Part shown: one piece after another, positions 56,820 to 64,000 of the stretch
Position numbering within the stretch: position 1 is the stretch's first letter
How the letters are laid out: each line of letters opens with the position of its first letter
DNA from: Eledone cirrhosa
Lineage: Eukaryota
Length of the DNA: 64,000 nt
Direction of reading: 5' to 3'
NCBI GenBank assembly: GCA_964016885.1
Contig: OZ024743.1
Location: 222,270,001-222,334,000, forward strand
The notes under the pieces: model-generated
Told to the model about the DNA's origin: nothing
Seen by the model: the letters and a program-made list of their open reading frames with translations, nothing else
Database searches by the model: none
Program-made: the position numbers and the translations under genes

Positions 56820-57796
56820 TACAGCTGGTTATCACCATAGTAACACAGCCTCTATCTACAGCCGGTTATCACCATAGTAACACAGCCTCTATCTACAGCT
56901 GGTTATCACCATAGTAACACAGCCTCTCTCTACAGCTGGTTATCACCATAGTAACACAGCCTCTCTCTACAGCTGGTTATCACCATAGTAACACAGCCTC
57001 TCTCTACAGCTGGTTATCACCATAGTAACACAGCCTCTCTCTACAGCTGGTTATCACCATAGTAACACAGCCTCTATCTACAGCTGGTTATCACCATAGT
57101 AACACAGCCTCTCTCTACAGCTGGTTATCACCATAGTAACACAGCCTCTCTCTACAGCTGGTATCACCATAGTAACACAGCCTCTATCTACAGCTGGTTA
57201 TCACCATAGTAACACAGCCTCTCTCTACAGCTGGTTATCACTATAGTAACACAGTCTCTATCTACAGCTGGTTATCACTATAATAACACAGTCTCTATCT
57301 ACAGCTGGTTATCACTATAGTAACACAGTCTCTATCTACAGCTGGTTATCACCATAGTAACACAGCCTCTCTCTACAGCTGGTTATCACCATAGTAACAC
57401 AGCCTCTCTCTACAGCTGGTTATCACCATAGTAACACAGCCTCTCTCTACAGCTGGTTATCACCATAGTAACACAGTCTCTATCTACAGCTGGTTATCAC
57501 CATAGTAACACAGCCTCTCTCTACAACTGGTTATCACCATAGTAACACAGCCTCTCTCTACAGCTGGTTATCACCATAGTAACACAGCCTCTCTCTACAG
57601 CTGGTTATCACCATAGTAACACAGTCTCTATCTACAGCTGGTTATCACCATAGTAACACAGCCTCTCTCTACAGCTGGTTATCACCATAGTAACACAGCC
57701 TCTATCTACAGCTGGTTATCACTATAGTAACACAGTCTCTATCTACAGCTGGTTATCACCATAGTAACACAGCCTCTCTCTACAGCTGGTTATCAC
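56820..57796. repeat. 37-bp satellite TACAGCTGGTTATCACCATAGTAACACAGCCTCTCTC (~26 copies)
   Basis: Period 37 (e.g. CACAGCC at 56881 and 56918). Confidence 0.98.
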
Positions 57797-58177
57797 AGTG
57801 TCTACCCTATGAACATATATGGAACATATCTGTAAAGACATCATATATATTTTATGTCTCTCTAAATAACTTCTATAAAGAATAGCTATTGTTTTAATCG
57901 TCATACTGGGCTACCACCTTAAAAGGGGCTAGTTGTTCGTATCAACCCTAGTATTTATTTGTTAGTCATTAGACCAAGGTCATACTGGACTACCACATTA
58001 AAAAAGTTAGTTTATCATATCAACCCTAGGATTTAATTCTTCAAGTTTGGTTACTTATTTTATTGATTTCTTTTTTTTTATTTTGAACCACTAAGTTATG
58101 GGATAAACAAAAACTCAAATATAAACATACACATGCACACACACAAGAAAACACACACACACACACACACATACACT

Positions 58178-58245
58178 TACTGTATACACTCGAATATTAG
58201 CCGACCCCACTATTTTGTCTGAAAAATGGGTAAAAATCCAAACCT
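58178..58245 (+). mobile_element. Single Tc1/mariner-superfamily (Tc2-like) terminal repeat remnant
   Basis: TA-CTGTATACACTCGAATATTAGCCGACCC resembles a recalled CCGTATATACTCGAGTATAAGCCG terminus; no partner end found. Confidence 0.4.
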
Positions 58246-58894
58246 TATTTACATAAAAAATTGTCAAAATATTGAACCCAAATATTGAAGCAATTGGTTG
58301 TTTTTCACATATTCCTCAGCTTATATTTGATTATATACTGTATATATGCTGCACTTCTACAATTTCTGTCTACTAAATTACACTCAATGCCTTTATTAAC
58401 TCAAGGCAGCAGGATTGAACCCAGAACCTTGCAATTCTCAAGCAAACACCTTAACCACACAGCCATTTCAGTTCTCAGAAGTTTTATTTCAAACCATGTT
58501 TTACATGTTTTATTTATTTATTTAATCAATGATTCAATCTTTGAATCAAACAATCAACCAATCAATAAGAGATCAATTAATTAATTTTTTTTTCTAACAT
58601 TCTTGCTGCTGTTGTTTTTTAAATGCCCTGTTTTTTGTTATTTCTACTTTTCTGATAGTCTGTAAAATATAGAAATCAATTTTTAAGTGTTCATTTGTTT
58701 ATATTGATTTTTTTTATGTTACATTAAAAAAAAAAATGTTAATCTGCCTTTATTTTATTTCCTACTGTAAACTAACCAGACTGAAGAAGACACATGAATT
58801 CTTAGAGATATAGGATTACTGATAGAGCTCAAGATAAAGAAAATAACAAAAGAATTTTAACCTTTTCATTGCCGTACTGCCTAGCACTTTTAAA

Positions 58895-58978
58895 TCTTCT
58901 CTTTTTCTTCTCCACCCACTTATTTCTGAGAGGGTCGTGGGGGCAGAGTCCCCAAACACTCTTTCCTGTTGGTCCTGT
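58895..58978 (-). mobile_element. Short 3' end of the RTE-type family seen at 61915-62168
   Basis: Reverse complement GAGTGTTTGGGGACTCTGCCCCCACGACCCTCTCAG matches 62111-62147. Confidence 0.7.
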
Positions 58979-58989
58979 CGTTAGGGAGG

Positions 58990-59440
58990 TAGATTAGCAG
59001 AATCAGCAGAACATCAAAGAAAATGTTTTGCAATATATAGTTATAACTTTTTATATTCTAAATTCAAATCAAATCATGTTTAACTCTTTAGCATTTACAT
59101 TACTCTTATATTTTCTATTTACTATTATATTTTTACAGTAAAGTCTTTACCTCACATAATTATATCACATAATATCGAATCTATGAGATTTTGATGTTAT
59201 TTATTTTGAGAACAATACCTTAACATCAGTATGAGAGGCCAGTTATGGCTGGTTTGAACAGAAAAAAAGTGAGAGAATTCTGGCTCGGATACAGCCGGTT
59301 TAAATGCTAAAGGGTTAACATTGCCTTTCATTCTTCCAATGTTAATAAAATCCAATACCAGTCAAGTAATGGGATTGGTATAATCAACTTTCCCATCAAC
59401 CTGAAATTGCTGGCTTTCTGCCAAAATTAGAAGCCATTAT
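58990..59440 (+). mobile_element. Old Meta-like SINE split by a MITE
   Basis: Removing 59084-59318 joins B-box-like AATTCAAATC to TTGCCTTTCATTCTT...AATAAAAT..AATACCAGT. Confidence 0.65.
59084..59314. mobile_element. piggyBac-type MITE with intact TTAA target duplication
   Basis: TTAA-CTCTTTAGCATTTA ... TAAATGCTAAAGGG-TTAA; reverse complement of 11834-12038. Confidence 0.85.
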
Positions 59441-59718
59441 CATACTGGTACATATCATATCAACATTATCATGTTCCTGAGCTGGAGATGAAAATATATT
59501 AAGTAGCTAAGGGATTTGAAACCTGAAATGTGAGATGGTCAAACAGATAGAGGGTGTATGTGAACTCATATCATTGTCATATTCACCTTTCAACTACTCT
59601 ACTTACTTTACAGATATAATTAGGATTGACATCGCTTTCCTTAAATGAATTGATTATATATATTCCATATAATTTTGGCTACATACACTCCCACCCCGAC
59701 AGATATATGTGTGTACAA

Positions 59719-59848
59719 TATATGTAAGTGTATACAAGTATATGCATATATGTAAGTGTATACAAGTATATGCATATATGTAAGTGTATACAAGTATATG
59801 CATATATGTAAGTGTATACAAGTATATGCATATATGTAAGTGTATACA
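59719..59848. repeat. 28-bp minisatellite ATATGTAAGTGTATACAAGTATATGCAT (~4.6 copies)
   Basis: Near-perfect tandem copies. Confidence 0.95.
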
Positions 59849-60049
59849 AAGTCTTTTGGAGAAGAATCCAGTTTTATTTTTCCTCATCAGAAATAATGAT
59901 GTTAGGGAGATGACAAGTATGCAGAGTGGGGCTCTATACATTTATGCACATATATGGCTTTTGGCAATCTTGCTGGATGCATCAGTCACTGTCAGGCAGT
60001 TAGCATGTGAAGTGATCTACTGCTTACTCAACACATTTTCATTTTGCTT

Positions 60050-60494
60050 GTTACTGCCATCAAGGATCTGGAGTTCCTAAATACTGTAACAACTGGAGAT
60101 GAGATGTAGGTGTGAGGGTATGAGCCAGAACCAATGCTCAGTCATCGCAGATATAGGTAACATCACTAATGCCTAAATAAGCACGTTAGGTGTGGAGCAA
60201 AATCATGGTGATTCTAATTGTTTTCTTTGACTACTAAGGCATAGTACATCACAACCATGTACCAGAAAGACAAATAGTTACAAAGAAGGTCTATCAGAAA
60301 TTCCCCGGATGTCTTTGTAATGCAGACACAAAATTGGCTGTTGCATCATGACAAGACCCAGCTCATTCATCACAGCTCATCCAAAGTTTCTTGACAAAGA
60401 AAGGCATTTTGCTCATTTGCAAAGCTCCCTAATCATCAGACATGGCCTTTTCTGACAAATGGTTCCCAAAAATGAAGATGTCATTGAAAGGCTA
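60050..60494 (+). pseudogene. Mariner transposase catalytic-domain relic
   Basis: FLNTVTTGDE.*V.GYEPE, FFD, WLLHHD..PAHS, P*SSDMAFSD (decayed YSPDLAPxD), LKG. Confidence 0.85.
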
Positions 60495-61033
60495 AACAAA
60501 CTTCAGGAAGCTACTGCCTTTGTTAACAACAAAAGGTTTCTATCTATGAAAGAAAGGTCAACTGTATGATGCCTGTATATGAAGTGCAATGTTGCCTGGA
60601 AGTGAGACATAGGCAATGAATGCAGAAGATATGTGATGGCTGGGGAGATATGAAATGAGCATGCTTCAATTGATCTGCAATGTTAATATGCATGAACAAC
60701 AAAGCATGGATGAGCTGAGAGAAAATCTGAGTATAAGAGAAATTAGGTGAAGTGTACAGGAGAGAAGACAACTGGTATAGGCTTGAGGTGCATGTGGATG
60801 ATGATCTTGGAGTGAAGAAATGTCAAGAAATCCCAGTCGAAAGAAGCAACAGAAGTGGGAAATCAAAAAGGTCTGAGGCAGAGTTTGTATGAGGTGATCA
60901 CAAATAGTTGAAACTCTCAGAGAAAATGATGAAGGATTGCAACAAGTGGAGGGATGCTGTGCTGCTGGATAAGACCCATCCAACCCATGAGAGAATGGAA
61001 AAATGGATTTAAAACAATAATGATGATGATGAG
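60495..61033 (+). pseudogene. RTE LINE 3' fragment
   Basis: FRKLLPLLTTKG..GQLYDAC motif and the shared CCAACCCATG...(GAT)n tail. Confidence 0.8.
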
Positions 61034-61186
61034 GAGGATATATCCCTGCATGTCATAAAAGGTGACTAAAATGGTTGGTGCCAAGATGAGTACTGTCATG
61101 GAAACTGCAAAGCTAACTCTTGCTTTAGCAGAGAAAATGAGTTTAAAACACTCTTTGTAGTTGTATTCAAAGATTCCTCACATATA

Positions 61187-61384
61187 CGAGGGTAGGCTGA
61201 AAAGTTCATAGGGTGACTATGAAAGAGTGAAGCTAGAGCTGTGAAATTTTGCATGCATTAATTTCAACTCTTCTTATCAATAAATGCTTTGTTCCTTTCC
61301 AGGGACTATGTTGAAAAATAAACCTCATTTGGTCATTCCATGAGAGTATCTTGGTCAGCCAATGAACTTTTCAGCTGACCCTCA
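61187..61384. mobile_element. Mariner-type MITE (198 bp)
   Basis: TA-CGAGGGTAGGCTGAAAAGTTCAT ... ATGAACTTTTCAGCTGACCCTCA-TA: imperfect TIRs with TA flanks. Confidence 0.85.
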
Positions 61385-61914
61385 TATGGAACACTTATTA
61401 AAACTGATGAATCATGTTTCATTAATGTTGCCAAAATATTTGGGTATCAATTTAAGCATGTGACTGAATTTTAATGATGAGAATAAGCTTTGCAGTAGCT
61501 GCTATTTCTATCTTGGCAATTTATTTATTTTTTTATTCATAAATTCTCATTTTTGTCGCATTGTAAAATCTGCATCCATGGTTAGAATATTTCCAGACTG
61601 GGAATGTGTAAGACTTTATTAGCATTAGTTGGTTAAACATCAATAAATCATACCATATTCAGAATGCTGCACTCTTTTATTAAAAATGCACAGTTGTGAA
61701 ACTGTCAGATATTGCTATTCAAATCTTCCCTGGTCTAATATTGAAAAGCTTGCTGTAATTACTATTAACCTTTTATTTACCATGTTTCTAATGAAAGATA
61801 CTGCCTGTGATTTTCAAATAATTCAAAAAATAATCCATGATTTGGAGGGATTTAGTAATCTTCATAGCTTAACAAAAGTTCTTACATAGAATTAAAATGG
61901 AAGATCTTTAAATA

Positions 61915-62168
61915 TCAGCTCTGATACTATGGGCATGTGGTTAGAATGTCTCAAGAAAGAATTGCTGGACACATTTTACAGGCAAAACTAACTGGCAATA
62001 GTAGACCCCGAGCAAGATGGTTGGATAACATCCATGAACTTGGCTGGTCACACTTAGGGATCCAACCAGATCAGTTGGAGATTGTTGCTTTTGACAGGAC
62101 CTGCTAGAAGGAGTGTTTGAGGACTCTGCTCCCATGACCCTCTCAGGAATAAATGAGCGAAGAAGATC
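61915..62168 (+). mobile_element. RTE-type LINE 3' end, same family as 7590-8078
   Basis: YGHVVRMSQERIAGHILQAK...RPRARWLDNI; shares GCATGTGGTTAGAATGTCTCA.GAAAGAAT.GCTGGACACAT with about 8036-8077. Confidence 0.8.
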
Positions 62169-62562
62169 TTTTAATAAATATAAACACTTTAAAATAAACA
62201 GGATTTTGTCGTAAAACCAGGGACAGTTTCAGGCAGTTTGGTATCAAAAGTCTTACACCTTTTATCATGAATGTAAAAATGTTTCTTAACATTGTCCTTA
62301 TTGCTATTTCTAAATTCCTTCATATTAAGATGTTGTTAATATTACATAATGTCATTTTCCAATGGCAGATCTCGACATTACAGCAATCTCCACTTTACAG
62401 AAGGGTGAGGTGGGGGCTTGATAGTTTTGTTATAATGTGGAATTCCGTGATGTAACACCTATTTTACTATTGACTCCATCTTAGAATTTGAAAAGTGTTT
62501 CTGTGGAATATGATTTGAAAAAAACAAACCTAACAGGTACAGTCACAGTGACTGCAGAAGCC

Positions 62563-62712
<150 letters not shown>

Positions 62713-62766
62713 AAATAAAAGGATTACAAAGGAGAATATATACTGTTAGAACATGCTTATATAAAA

Positions 62767-62807
62767 GCACCTACGTACATTTCGCCCGGAAAGGGCTTCT
62801 CAGGGGC
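62767..62807 (-). ncRNA. Hammerhead ribozyme motif, inverted copy (probably impaired)
   Basis: Minus strand GCCC-CUGAGAA-GCCC uuucc GGGC-GAAAU GUAC GUA-GGUGC; C3/A8 mismatch. Confidence 0.5.
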
Positions 62808-62982
62808 ATAGAAAACTAAAGAGTGTTCAGTACAGGACCCAGAAGGGGTTTTAAGGTGATAATTACTCCCCTTGCTCTGTGACAATAACACTGTGTATGT
62901 TTGAACTAAGAATGAACTTTGATGTAATTATCACCTTAAAACCTCTTCTGGGTCCTGTACTGAACACTCTTTAGTTTTCTAT

Positions 62983-63023
62983 GCCCTTGAGAAGCCCTTT
63001 CCGGGCGAAACGTACGTAGGTGC
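62983..63023 (+). ncRNA. Minimal type I hammerhead ribozyme, U3-A8 core variant
   Basis: GCCC-UUGAGAA-GCCC uuucc GGGC-GAAAC GUAC GUA-GGUGC; stem II 4 GC pairs; palindromic stem III ACGUACGU; predicted cleavage after A63018. Confidence 0.72.
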
Positions 63024-63223
63024 TTTTATATAAACATGTTCTAACAGTATATATTCTCCTTTGTAACCGCTCTGCTTATATTCTTGCCCGCTAAATATTA
63101 ATGCTTCCGATATTTAACCCTGTAGGCACAAGTATTGAGCACATTTGCACAAGCTATTGGCAACTAAATATATGTATCGCTTATCCCTTTAAATCTCTTC
63201 CTTCTCACGATACTTAAATATTC

Positions 63224-63256
<33 letters not shown>

Positions 63257-63263
63257 GTATATA

Positions 63264-64000
<737 letters not shown>

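Larger units (their letters stand above)
62724..63228 (+). mobile_element. Penelope-like terminal remnant with inverted duplication (arms 62724-62866 and 62924-63066)
   Basis: 143-bp inverted arms with 4 mismatches by eye, 57-nt spacer, a hammerhead motif in each arm, (TA)n on both flanks. Confidence 0.7.

Noticed and set aside
12976-57796. CRISPR array interpretation of the 25, 40 or 37-bp repeats
   Set aside because: Units are head-to-tail with no unique spacers, no cas genes are present, and the context is eukaryotic.
11834-59314. Inverted MITE pair as ends of a 47-kb composite transposon carrying the satellite
   Set aside because: Each copy has both of its own TIRs and its own target site, and the copies are clearly diverged; independent insertions are simpler.
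8020-62168. One RTE element split by a 54-kb insertion
   Set aside because: The two fragments overlap by about 55 bp with several mismatches, indicating separate copies.

Overview
AT-rich eukaryotic genomic DNA; the repeat families suggest an octopod cephalopod (inferred from recalled motifs, not from a search). No complete gene is visible. About 40.7 kb (12976-53697, including a 200-N gap) is one 25-bp satellite, GATCTATACTCTACCCAATCCAAGT, with roughly 1620 copies and nested higher-order duplications. It is followed by a (GAT)n-based tract and two homologous satellites of 40 bp and 37 bp that grade into each other; both carry an RFX X-box-like motif. The flanks are a mosaic of decayed mobile elements: RTE LINE fragments, a CRE-type retrotransposon end, a Gypsy pol fragment, a mariner transposase relic, tRNA-derived SINEs, and piggyBac-type and mariner-type MITEs. 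Two Penelope-like remnants sit in (TA)n tracts and carry minimal hammerhead-ribozyme motifs. One of them forms a 143-bp-arm palindrome with a hammerhead on each strand. One plausible 70-nt coding exon lies on the minus strand (4153-4222). I cannot demonstrate a wholly new system; the best leads are the hammerhead palindrome and the X-box satellites.
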